The notes under the pieces are model-generated. The model was not told the DNA's origin. It was given only the letters and a program-made list of their open reading frames with translations, and searched no databases. The position numbers and the translations under genes are program-made. DNA of 64,000 nucleotides from an uncultured Clostridia bacterium (lineage in GTDB: Bacteria > Bacillota > Clostridia > TANB77 > CAG-508), in NCBI GenBank assembly GCA_947630445.1, contig CANRHQ010000002.1, positions 4,233 to 68,232 of the forward strand, read 5' to 3'. The stretch's first letter is position 1. The number at the start of each line of letters is the position of its first letter. Shown here one piece after another: positions 50,187 to 59,527 of the stretch.

Positions 50187-53009
50187 TTATTCTAAATATT
50201 TTTTTAAAAATTTTCCTGTATAACTTCTTTCATTTTTACATATTTGCTCTGGTGTTCCTACAGCGATTACTTCTCCTCCTAAGTCTCCTCCTTCTGGCCC
50301 TAAATCTATAATATAATCTGAAGTTTTTATTAAGTCTAAATTATGTTCTATTACTATTATAGTATTTCCTGTATCTACTAATCTTTGTAAAATATCTACA
50401 AGTCTATGAACATCTGCTATATGAAGTCCTGTTGTAGGCTCATCTAATATATATAGTGTTTTTCCTGTTGCTTTTCTTGAAAGTTCTGTTGCTAATTTTA
50501 CTCTTTGTGCTTCTCCTCCTGAAAGTGTTGTAGATGGTTGTCCTAATTTTATATATCCAAGTCCTACATCATACAATGTTTGAATTTTTTGTTTTATTTT
50601 TGGAATGTTTTCAAAAAATTCTAGGGCTTCTTCTACTGTCATGTCTAAAACATCTGCTATATTTTTTCCTTTATATTTTACTTCCAATGTTTCTCTATTA
50701 TATCTTTTTCCTTTACAAACATCACATGGTACATATACATCAGGTAGAAAATGCATTTCTATTCTATGTACTCCATCTCCTGAACAACTTTCACATCTAC
50801 CTCCTGGTACATTAAAACTAAATCTACCTTTTTCATATCCCCTTATTTTGGCTTCATTTGTTCCTGCAAATATATCTCTTATTAAATCAAAAGTTCCTGT
50901 ATATGTTGCTGGATTTGAACGTGGTGTTCTTCCTATTGGTGATTGATCTATATTTATTATTTTATCAATATTTTCTATACCCTTTATTTGTTTACATTTT
51001 CCTGGTTTTTCTGATGCACCATTTAATTGCTGTGCAATATTTTTGTATAATACTTCATTTATTAATGTACTTTTTCCTGAACCTGATACACCTGTTATAC
51101 ATGTAAATACACCTAATGGGAATTTTACACTTATATTTTTTAAATTGTTTTCAGTTGCTCCTATAACTTCTATACTTTTTTTATTTCCTTTTCTTCTTGT
51201 TTTTGGTACATGTATTTTCTTTCTTCCACTCAAATAATCTCCAGTAATTGAATTTTCTACATTTTTTATTTCTTCTGCTGTTCCTTGAGCCATAATTTGT
51301 CCACCATGTACTCCTGCTCCTGGTCCTATATCTATTATTTGATCAGCTGCATACATAGTATCTTCATCATGCTCTACTACCAATAATGTATTTCCTAAAT
51401 CTCTTAATTTTTTTAATGTTGCTATTAATTTGTCATTATCTCTTTGATGTAATCCTATACTTGGTTCATCTAATATATATAATACACCTGTAAGTCCAGA
51501 ACCAATTTGAGTTGCAAGTCTTATTCTTTGAGCCTCTCCTCCTGATAAAGTTCCTGCACTTCTTGATAATGTTAAATATTCTAATCCTACATCTATTAAA
51601 AATTGTAATCTTGCATCTATTTCTTTTAAAATCATATCTGCAATCATTTTTTGCGTTTGTGTTAATTCTAAATTTCTTAAAAATTCTTGCAAATGTTTTA
51701 TTGATAAATCTGTCATTTCATTTATGTTTTTATCACCTATTTTTATACTTAAAATTTCCTTTTTTAATCTTGCTCCATTACACTCATCACAATGCATATT
51801 ACTCATATACATTTCATAAAAATCTCTCATTCCTTGTGATTTTGTTTCATTATATCTTCTTTCTAATGTTGGTAATACTCCCTCAAATGGTGCTCTAAAT
51901 TTTCTTGTTCCTGCATAAGATGTATATTCAAAATCTATTTCTTCTTCTCCTGTTCCATATAATATTTTGTTTAAGAAATCTTTAGGTAAATCTTTTATTT
52001 TTTTCTTGATATCTACTCCATAATATCTACCTATACTTTCAAAATACATCTTTGCCATTGTTTCGCCTTTTTTCATAGTACTTGAACCAAATGCTTTAAC
52101 TCCATCATATAATGTTTTATTTTTATCTGGAATTATTAAATCTTCATCCATTTTCATTAAATATCCTATTCCTGAACATTTTGGACAAGCTCCATATGGA
52201 TTATTAAATGAAAACATTCTTGGTGTTAGTTCTGGGAAACTAAAGCCACAATCTGGACAAGCATAATTACAACTATATAATATAGGTTTTTTTCCTATTA
52301 TATCTATTAAAACTAAATTGTCAGCATTTTTTAATGCTATTTCTATTGATTCTGTTAATCTTGCTACAATATCTTCTTTTATTACTAATCTATCTACTAC
52401 TATTTCTATTTCATGTTTTTTATTTTTATCTAATTTTATTTCATCTGATAGTTCATATATTTCTCCATCTACTCGTACTCTTGCAAATCCATCTTTTTGT
52501 AAATCTTCAAATAATTTTGTGTATTCTCCTTTTCGACTTCTAACTACTGGTGCTAATATTTGTATTTTAGTTCCTTGATCTAATTTCATTACATTGTCTA
52601 CTATTTGATCTATTGATTGCTTTTCTATTTTTTTTCCACAATTTGGGCAATATGGTATTCCTACTCTTGCATATAATAATCTTATATAATCATATATTTC
52701 TGTAACTGTTCCAACTGTTGAACGTGGGTTTTTTGAGGTGGTTTTTTGATCTATTGAAATTGCTGGAGATAATCCTTCTATTGATTCTACATCTGGTTTT
52801 TCCATTAATCCTAAAAATTGTCTTGCATATGATGATAAACTTTCTACATATCTCCTTTGTCCTTCTGCATATAAAGTGTCAAATGCTAATGATGATTTAC
52901 CTGAACCTGATAATCCTGTTATTACAACCAATTTATCTCTTGGTATTTCTACATTTATATTTTTTAAATTATGTTCTTTTGCACCTTTTACTATTATTTT
53001 GTCGCTCAT
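50187..53009 (-). CDS. uvrA: Excinuclease ABC subunit A
   Basis: 940 aa; two ABC ATPase modules ([18 protein letters not shown]); Zn-finger Cys pairs. Confidence 0.97.
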   Translation of the reverse strand: MSDKIIVKGAKEHNLKNINVEIPRDKLVVITGLSGSGKSSLAFDTLYAEGQRRYVESLSSYARQFLGLMEKPDVESIEGLSPAISIDQKTTSKNPRSTVGTVTEIYDYIRLLYARVGIPYCPNCGKKIEKQSIDQIVDNVMKLDQGTKIQILAPVVRSRKGEYTKLFEDLQKDGFARVRVDGEIYELSDEIKLDKNKKHEIEIVVDRLVIKEDIVARLTESIEIALKNADNLVLIDIIGKKPILYSCNYACPDCGFSFPELTPRMFSFNNPYGACPKCSGIGYLMKMDEDLIIPDKNKTLYDGVKAFGSSTMKKGETMAKMYFESIGRYYGVDIKKKIKDLPKDFLNKILYGTGEEEIDFEYTSYAGTRKFRAPFEGVLPTLERRYNETKSQGMRDFYEMYMSNMHCDECNGARLKKEILSIKIGDKNINEMTDLSIKHLQEFLRNLELTQTQKMIADMILKEIDARLQFLIDVGLEYLTLSRSAGTLSGGEAQRIRLATQIGSGLTGVLYILDEPSIGLHQRDNDKLIATLKKLRDLGNTLLVVEHDEDTMYAADQIIDIGPGAGVHGGQIMAQGTAEEIKNVENSITGDYLSGRKKIHVPKTRRKGNKKSIEVIGATENNLKNISVKFPLGVFTCITGVSGSGKSTLINEVLYKNIAQQLNGASEKPGKCKQIKGIENIDKIINIDQSPIGRTPRSNPATYTGTFDLIRDIFAGTNEAKIRGYEKGRFSFNVPGGRCESCSGDGVHRIEMHFLPDVYVPCDVCKGKRYNRETLEVKYKGKNIADVLDMTVEEALEFFENIPKIKQKIQTLYDVGLGYIKLGQPSTTLSGGEAQRVKLATELSRKATGKTLYILDEPTTGLHIADVHRLVDILQRLVDTGNTIIVIEHNLDLIKTSDYIIDLGPEGGDLGGEVIAVGTPEQICKNERSYTGKFLKKYLE

Positions 53010-53036
53010 TTATATTCCCCCTTGCTCAATGAATTT

Positions 53037-53065
53037 ATTATATAATATTTTTTTGTAAAAAGCAA
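53037..53065 (-). promoter_or_regulatory. Sigma-A promoter of uvrA
   Basis: Minus strand reads TTGCTT (53065-53060), 17 nt, TATAAT (53042-53037). Confidence 0.55.
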
Positions 53066-53091
53066 TATTTTGTTTGGTTTATTTTAGAATA

Positions 53092-53118
53092 TAAAAACGG
53101 CCAACTGAAGTTGACCGT
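53092..53118 (-). terminator. Intrinsic terminator after the GC-rich orphan gene
   Basis: Minus strand ACGGTCAAC-ttca-GTTGGCCGT (9 bp with one G-U) followed by TTTTT. Confidence 0.6.
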
Positions 53119-53145
53119 CTATTGCCACAGTTGTGGTGTTTTGGT

Positions 53146-53358
53146 TCATGGCTCGGGTTCAAGCATTGCCATAGGATGGTGTGCCTTTCTTTCATGCACT
53201 CCTGGTCCTGATGTTTTCAACCGGATGATGTCATAACCATCTTCGTGAGAAATCAGTACCTTTTCCGGCACTTTTTCTGCTGCCATTTCAGCAGATATTC
53301 TGATCTCATCTATAAGCTCAGAATCTTTTCTTTCCCGTTCTCCATAAGATTGTGCCAT
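53146..53358 (-). CDS. Orphan 70-aa protein in a GC-rich patch
   Basis: MAQSYGERERKDSELIDEIRISAEMAAEKVPEKVLISHEDGYDIIRLKTSGPGVHERKAHHPMAMLEPEP. GGAGG lies 7 nt upstream of the ATG at 53358, and the stop is TGA. G+C is 40-48% per 60-nt line, against 17% in the adjacent line. Confidence 0.55.
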   Translation of the reverse strand: MAQSYGERERKDSELIDEIRISAEMAAEKVPEKVLISHEDGYDIIRLKTSGPGVHERKAHHPMAMLEPEP

Positions 53359-53407
53359 AGTAGCTCCTCCTTTAAAAAGCCATTTGAACTTTAACTTTGA
53401 CTTTAAT

Positions 53408-53436
53408 ATTTTATCATTTTTTATGTTAATTGTCAA
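53408..53436 (-). promoter_or_regulatory. Consensus sigma-A promoter (extended -10) for the GC-rich orphan gene
   Basis: Minus strand reads TTGACA (53436-53431), 17 nt ending in TG-a, then TAAAAT (53413-53408). Confidence 0.6.
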
Positions 53437-53479
53437 TATTTTTAGCTTCTATCACTTTTTATTTTGTACTTACATATTA

Positions 53480-53508
53480 AAGGTGTGATGCTAAACACAT
53501 CACACCTT
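53480..53508 (-). terminator. Hairpin terminator after the surface-protein operon
   Basis: 11-bp perfect stem aaggtgtgatg/catcacacctt with a 7-nt loop, 5 nt after the stop at 53513. The T-run is weak. Confidence 0.5.
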
Positions 53509-53512
53509 AATT

Positions 53513-54469
53513 TTAATTTTCACCTTTTGTTGAATTTGTATGCTCACTCCACCATGTTATACCACTTTCTATAAAGTTCTTTAATTGAGTTCTTGTCTCT
53601 TCGCTCTCTTCTTTATTTAGTATCATTTCATAAGGAGATTTTACATTTGTACTATCTATATTTGATATTGTAATATCTATCTTATTATCTGTACTTTTTG
53701 ATTCTGAGCCTTTTATACTAAATTCGCTTAAAGTTTTTATATTAGTTATATATCCTTCTTTTGATAATTTTACTTGTAATTCAAATGTATTGGTATCTGA
53801 TGAATTTTCAGAACCTGTTGTTTTAATATTATCAAAATCAACATAATTTGTATTTAGCCATTCATTAAGTTTTTCTTTATTTATAGTTACTGTATAAGTA
53901 TCTGTATCTGTTTCTTCTACTTTTGTTATAGCTTCAATAGATTTATTAAAAATTGAGTCTTTTAATAATTCAATTTCAAAAACTCCATATCCTATTTTTG
54001 AAAATGTATTATTATATTTCCAATCTCCTAAACTAGGGCGATTATTGTCATCCATTGGAGTATTTTTTTCAACATTTACTTTTGTTGTTGTTCCTGCTGA
54101 TGTTGAATATACTTCTGATTTATTGAATGTATAAGATTCTTGTGTTCCATCTTTAATTGTTACAAGTCTTCTACCTGTTGTTTTATCATATTGTGTTACA
54201 TCTTTTGTTTCTACTCCTTTTATTTTGTTGTTTCTCATTAATGTTAGGCTAGTAGCATTTTGTGTTTTTTCTGCTGCTTTATTAAGAATTTCTGCAAGCG
54301 TATCTACACCACTATAATCTATTGTATATTCTTTTATTTCAGCTTCATCTAAATTATCTCCATCTGGATCTAATTCTAGTTTATATACTTTTCCATTACC
54401 AGATGTTATTTTAGAAGATTTTATTGCTTCTAATTGTAAATTCATTGTGTTTGTATTACTTACTGTCAT
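53513..54469 (-). CDS. C-terminal segment of the giant surface protein (separated from 54577..59508 by a frameshift)
   Basis: The frame stays open upstream of the ATG into the preceding ORF (…DGRFYLPVTLTSNDFQDRVSTVKVTDPNG…). It contains LELDPDGDNLDEAEIKEYTIDYSGV, the second half of the repeat module seen four times upstream. Confidence 0.7.
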   Translation of the reverse strand: MTVSNTNTMNLQLEAIKSSKITSGNGKVYKLELDPDGDNLDEAEIKEYTIDYSGVDTLAEILNKAAEKTQNATSLTLMRNNKIKGVETKDVTQYDKTTGRRLVTIKDGTQESYTFNKSEVYSTSAGTTTKVNVEKNTPMDDNNRPSLGDWKYNNTFSKIGYGVFEIELLKDSIFNKSIEAITKVEETDTDTYTVTINKEKLNEWLNTNYVDFDNIKTTGSENSSDTNTFELQVKLSKEGYITNIKTLSEFSIKGSESKSTDNKIDITISNIDSTNVKSPYEMILNKEESEETRTQLKNFIESGITWWSEHTNSTKGEN

Positions 54470-54576
54470 AATTCCATTTTCACTACTTGAACTATAAATA
54501 TAGTTTTGTACATTTCCATTTGGATCTGTAACTTTTACTGTTGATACTCTATCTTGAAAATCATTTGATGTTAATG

Positions 54577-57500
54577 TTACTGGTAAGTAAAATCTTCCAT
54601 CTGTCTTTGTTTTACTATTCCTGAATAAGTATTTCCTTTTTTCTCTAATCCATTGATAATTGCTTGTTCTGGAAGTTTAACACCCTCCATTTCCATTGAA
54701 AGAATTATACTAACTCCTTCGCCTCCATCCAATGTCTCACTTGTTGCTTTGCTATCTTTATCAATGTATTTTATCTTTATTTTGTCTTTATCTTTTGAGC
54801 AATGAAGTTTAATATTTTTAAAATTCTTATGGCTTGCATCATATTTAACAGCAATTTCTATATTTTTAGAAGTTTCTAAGGATATATCTGCTTGGTTACC
54901 ACCTGATGCTTCTTCTGAAATTTCTATAGCATAATTATCACTATCAAAAGTATTTGCTGCTATTCTAATAGTTTCATCATCGCCATTGATTTGAGCAGTT
55001 GTATCAAATTTCTTAATTGTTATAGCACTCTTTTTATTATCATCATCTTGACTTAATTTTTTAAATGTATTTCCATAAATATCTGTAACTCCTGCTAATG
55101 CAGAATTAACATTCAAGAAAGTATTGTTAATATTATTTGCATCGAATGTGTTCCATCTAACATCAACAATAGCTGTTTCTCCAGAATATTTAATAGCATC
55201 ATTTACTTTTTGACTTCCAGTATTCTTTAAGCTACATTGCCATAATGTGAATTTTGAAGCATTACCAGATATATCAATCAATGCTTGTGCGTCTTGTTGT
55301 GAATCAACTTCAAGATTTAATCTATGCAAAAATACATCATCTGCTGTAACTTTAATGTTTTTTACTTTTAAGGTTACCTTTGTTGATGGTCCAACAATTG
55401 AAAGTTTTCTAGAAATAGTTAAATCTTGGTCGCTTAAATCAATAGTACCATTAGTTGTTATAAATATTTTATCAACACCACTATCAGCTAATGCTGCAAT
55501 AAGTTGATCTTTATCACTAACTTTTTTCGCACCTTCCTGACTTTTTACTCCATAAGCTACATAATAACGCTCATCTGATTTAGCTGTTATTCCGTCAGGA
55601 CCAATTACATCTTTTGGAAGAGGTTCTCCAGTAGAATCCATGTGAATTGTATTGTCTCTGCTACTTGTAAATCCTATCAATGTATATGTTTCCCCATCAT
55701 AATTAAATTCCTTGAATACTTTAAATGGATCTTCACCATAAGGTTTTTGAACCTTCTCTCCATAGTAATTATATCTGTAAAAAGTAGCCATCATTCTAGC
55801 TTCATGATTATGGAAAGTAGTTGTGTATATTTTTGAGTTTTCTGTTTTATTATAGTAATTATAATAGTTGTATGCTCCATCGACTTCCTTTATATCACCT
55901 GTACTGCTTTTTGAATCTTTTTGTTCTTCATATTTTGTAATCTTTTCTTTTTCTATTCTTTCTGCCGTTTTTGAATCTTTATCTGTTAAGTTTACTGTTG
56001 CATTATCTTTACTTGCTTTTACAGCAGGTAATTCATATGTTTCTTTATCAAAAGTTAATTCTGAAATTGTTAATGTTGAATTATCTCCCACTTCAATAGC
56101 AGATTCAAGACCTTCAGGAACTACATCTCCATCAATTACTATTTCTAATCCTGTTGAATTTAATAAACCACTTTCAACAAATATATCTTTTTTAGTATTT
56201 GTATTACCTTTTAATTTAATGTTATTAATAGTTACCTTTGCATTCTTTTTTACAGTAAATATTGAGGTTGATTCTGTTTCTGCATTTGCTCCCATAGAAA
56301 TTGTGTGTTTGCTTTCTCCACCATTTATTGTAACACTTCTAGTAATATCTACATTTTTTGTAACTTCAAAATCTCCTGCAATATCAATACGAGAAACTTT
56401 TTCATTTTTTAATGCTGCATTTAATTCTTCTTCACTCTTAACTGTTGTAAAATCAGTTGCAAAATCAAAAGTATATTTAGTTTCTGCTCCGTCTGTTAAT
56501 TTTACTGAATCATCAAGAGTTCCAATTGTTAATGTAAATTCTTGATCATCAACTGCCATTTTATTTAATGTCATATCTTGTGCTTTTTGAGCACCACCTA
56601 ATATATCTTCAAATAAGGCTTTTGCTCCTGCTTGGATTTTTCCTTTTAATGCTGTTCCTTCTTCATCTAAACTAACAGTCTGAATAACATTATTTTCTCC
56701 ATCTTTTGTAAATTCTACTTGTTTATTTCCAGCTGAAAGTGTAATACCTGTTACTTCTCCTCTTTGAAGAATGTATGCAATTGCACCTGGAATTGAAGTA
56801 TTATCCATTTCACTTAATTTAGTAGTAGTATCTTTTATATTAAATGTAATAGTATTTCCTTCTTTTGAAACTTCAAATACATCTTTATAATCAACTACTT
56901 TTGCTAATTCTTGAACTACATCAGTTATAAATTTATCAACATCAATTGTCCAATGAGCTTTTAATGTAATATTTTCATTTTTACCTGTAGTGTATGTACT
57001 AAAGTCAAATTTTGTTTCTGGAGCATCAGATTTATACCAATAATCAAATTTATGATATGTATATGTTCCTAATTCTGGTGCTAATTTTTCATCAATTTTT
57101 TCATTTTGATAAATTTTTTCTTCTTTTGTTTTGATTTCTCCTGTTGTTTCATCAAAATATTCAAAAATTACTTTATTTTCAGTTTCGAACACTAAGTCTT
57201 TATATTTTATTTCATACTCAAATGGAATAAAGTCTGCTCCTGTGCGATTCTCTTCATTATATACTCCATCAAAGTCAATTGAATATTTAATTACCTTTTC
57301 ATCTTCTTGAGCATTTTCATTTAATCTAAATAATACTAATGCCCAACCTTGTTCATGTTCTTCTTCAGATGGTGTATATATTTTTTTATTACCATCTTCA
57401 GTATTTAATATAAGTACCCATTTATTTTCATAATCTGGATATTCATCTTTAGGAAATTCAATTTTGATAGGTACAAAATATCCCGTATCATCTTGGAAAG

Positions 57501-59508
57501 TTCCATCTTTTAATTTTTGTTGTTTAATTACTCCTTCAATTTCTCCATTATTTGATATTACAGTTCCTTTTATTGTATCAAAATCAAATTCATAGCTTTT
57601 TAATTCCTTATCTTCTTCTGAATCTTCAACTAAATCCTTGCTAGATAAAATGTTAAATTTAACATTTTCTGAAGAAGATTTCTTTTGGAATTTTAATTCA
57701 CTATAATCAAATGTTACTTCCCATGGTGCATATTCATCTCCTTCACCATCTAAGTCAATTAAAATTTTAAATTCTTTTGTTTCATTAGTTGATTGTAAAT
57801 ATTTTAAAATATAAATTTCTTTTGAGGTTTCAAAGTCTTGGTCTAATTTCTCAACACCAAATTCACTTTCTTCTTCACCATTATAGAAGAATTTTATATC
57901 AATTTTCTCTTTATTAATTGAATTTGTATCAGCTTTAACTAAATTTAAAAGTAATCCTAAATAGTAATTGTCTTTATTAGATTCAAGAGGATCTTTTTGT
58001 GCTGTCCATTCAGAATCTTCAAATATTGGAAGTAAACCAGTTACTTTATAACAATTAGGTGTTTCTTCTTTAAATTCTGTATAATATCCTTCTTTTTTAA
58101 ACCATTTATCATCATCAAATGGAGTTGTATCTCCATTTTTTAATCCTTTAATTGTAACTATTGATGATTTTTCAAATGTAACTCCAGAATAATCTACTTC
58201 ATATACTGTTGGTAAATATTCATCTCCGTCGTCTCCATCCCAGTCTATTGTAATTGTAAATTTCTTGTCATCATTATTTGATGCTTTATCATTTAACTTA
58301 AATAAATTAGTAAATGTTCCATTTGCATCAAAATTAGATACTCCAAATGTATTAGTTGTTTGACCAGCTATTGTAATTTTTGCTCCTTCTGGTATTTCTT
58401 GTAATGTTTCTGGTTTTTGAATATTAAATGCAAAATAATATCCAGTTTCCCCTTCTTCTGCAAAAATACCTGGTTCTGTACATTGTTCTGCAATTGTACC
58501 TGTTAGAGTTAATTTCTTTCCATCAGTTTTTAAATCATATTCATTTTCTTTTACTTGATAACCATATTTTAATAAAGCGTCTATATCATCTTGAGGAATT
58601 TGTTTAGAAAATGTTGCCTTTGAATCATCTTGGAATTCAACTTGACTCCAATCTATTGTTTGAACTACTGGAGCATATTCTTTACCTCCACCATCTAAGT
58701 CTACTGTTATTGTGATTATTTTATTATTTGATGTTGGATCTAAAGCCCATAAAACTGCCAATCCTTCTTTTCCAACTTCTTTTTCATCAAAGTCTGATAA
58801 TGTTGCTTTTGTTGTATTATTTCCTTTTATTTCTACTGTTGTTGCATCTGTTGCATTTGGAACTTCTATAACAAATGCAAAATAATATCCTGTTTTATCA
58901 GCTCCTGTAAATCCACCTACTTCATTTGAATTTCTTTTTATAAGTCCTGTTAATTTTCCTTCATTTAAACTTAAATTTACACTATTTTCAGCATTTCCAC
59001 CTGTAAATTTAAATTTTTCTCCTTCTAATGCTGTTTTATAATTACCTTCATTTGTTTTTTCTAAATCTACATTAATTTTTGTGTCTTCTGGTATAAAATT
59101 ATAATCTATATAACGTATGTCTAACTTATCATCTTCTTTTAATTCTGTTGAACCTATAAAATTTTCATCTATTAACCATTTTCCTGTAGGTTCATAATTA
59201 ACTATTTCTCTATTAATACGATAAATAGTCATTTCTCCTAAAGCTGTATCTTTGTTTTCGCCATCAAATTCATTATTCATTTGTATGCTTCTTGCTGCTA
59301 ACATTACATCTTGAGTTGATAAATCCCAGTCTTGTGCAAATATATAATTACCTATTACATAAATATAATCTGGTTCATAACCAACTGTTTCATCTACTAT
59401 TTTTCCCAATTCATCTAAAGTAACTGTTTTTGCAAATGCAGGAGTAACTAATAGAAAAAACAATGTAATAAAAGTAAATATAGCTATTCTACTAAACTTT
59501 TTTATCAT
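54577..59508 (-). CDS. Giant secreted/surface protein: signal peptide, four novel tandem modules, Listeria-Bacteroides (Flg_new) repeat, beta-helix-like regions
   Basis: Signal peptide MIKKFSRIAIFTFITLFFLLVTPAFA, from the ATG at 59508 with GGAGGG 7 nt upstream. YTYHKFDYWYKSDAPETKFDFSTYTTGKNENITLKAHWT repeat. Segments such as VDITRSVTINGGESKHTISM…VTINNIKLKG are typical of right-handed beta-helix proteins. Confidence 0.85.
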   Translation of the reverse strand: MIKKFSRIAIFTFITLFFLLVTPAFAKTVTLDELGKIVDETVGYEPDYIYVIGNYIFAQDWDLSTQDVMLAARSIQMNNEFDGENKDTALGEMTIYRINREIVNYEPTGKWLIDENFIGSTELKEDDKLDIRYIDYNFIPEDTKINVDLEKTNEGNYKTALEGEKFKFTGGNAENSVNLSLNEGKLTGLIKRNSNEVGGFTGADKTGYYFAFVIEVPNATDATTVEIKGNNTTKATLSDFDEKEVGKEGLAVLWALDPTSNNKIITITVDLDGGGKEYAPVVQTIDWSQVEFQDDSKATFSKQIPQDDIDALLKYGYQVKENEYDLKTDGKKLTLTGTIAEQCTEPGIFAEEGETGYYFAFNIQKPETLQEIPEGAKITIAGQTTNTFGVSNFDANGTFTNLFKLNDKASNNDDKKFTITIDWDGDDGDEYLPTVYEVDYSGVTFEKSSIVTIKGLKNGDTTPFDDDKWFKKEGYYTEFKEETPNCYKVTGLLPIFEDSEWTAQKDPLESNKDNYYLGLLLNLVKADTNSINKEKIDIKFFYNGEEESEFGVEKLDQDFETSKEIYILKYLQSTNETKEFKILIDLDGEGDEYAPWEVTFDYSELKFQKKSSSENVKFNILSSKDLVEDSEEDKELKSYEFDFDTIKGTVISNNGEIEGVIKQQKLKDGTFQDDTGYFVPIKIEFPKDEYPDYENKWVLILNTEDGNKKIYTPSEEEHEQGWALVLFRLNENAQEDEKVIKYSIDFDGVYNEENRTGADFIPFEYEIKYKDLVFETENKVIFEYFDETTGEIKTKEEKIYQNEKIDEKLAPELGTYTYHKFDYWYKSDAPETKFDFSTYTTGKNENITLKAHWTIDVDKFITDVVQELAKVVDYKDVFEVSKEGNTITFNIKDTTTKLSEMDNTSIPGAIAYILQRGEVTGITLSAGNKQVEFTKDGENNVIQTVSLDEEGTALKGKIQAGAKALFEDILGGAQKAQDMTLNKMAVDDQEFTLTIGTLDDSVKLTDGAETKYTFDFATDFTTVKSEEELNAALKNEKVSRIDIAGDFEVTKNVDITRSVTINGGESKHTISMGANAETESTSIFTVKKNAKVTINNIKLKGNTNTKKDIFVESGLLNSTGLEIVIDGDVVPEGLESAIEVGDNSTLTISELTFDKETYELPAVKASKDNATVNLTDKDSKTAERIEKEKITKYEEQKDSKSSTGDIKEVDGAYNYYNYYNKTENSKIYTTTFHNHEARMMATFYRYNYYGEKVQKPYGEDPFKVFKEFNYDGETYTLIGFTSSRDNTIHMDSTGEPLPKDVIGPDGITAKSDERYYVAYGVKSQEGAKKVSDKDQLIAALADSGVDKIFITTNGTIDLSDQDLTISRKLSIVGPSTKVTLKVKNIKVTADDVFLHRLNLEVDSQQDAQALIDISGNASKFTLWQCSLKNTGSQKVNDAIKYSGETAIVDVRWNTFDANNINNTFLNVNSALAGVTDIYGNTFKKLSQDDDNKKSAITIKKFDTTAQINGDDETIRIAANTFDSDNYAIEISEEASGGNQADISLETSKNIEIAVKYDASHKNFKNIKLHCSKDKDKIKIKYIDKDSKATSETLDGGEGVSIILSMEMEGVKLPEQAIINGLEKKGNTYSGIVKQRQMEDFTYQ

Positions 59509-59527
59509 CCTTTTCCCTCCTTTTATT

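Noticed and set aside
53097-53360. The GC-rich patch as a structured RNA gene (tRNA, tmRNA, SRP RNA, 6S, RNase P).
   Set aside because: I found no cloverleaf, T-loop GTTCGAATC-type motif or SRP domain IV motif. The patch has a clean RBS, ATG and ORF plus a terminator. An Rfam scan is still advisable.
53359-53436. N-terminal extension of the track ORF 53146..53436 (MTINIKNDKILKSKLKFKWLFKGGAT…).
   Set aside because: The extension runs through a consensus -35/-10 promoter and is AT-rich, unlike the rest of the ORF. An ATG with a GGAGG RBS at 53358 gives a compositionally uniform 70-aa product.
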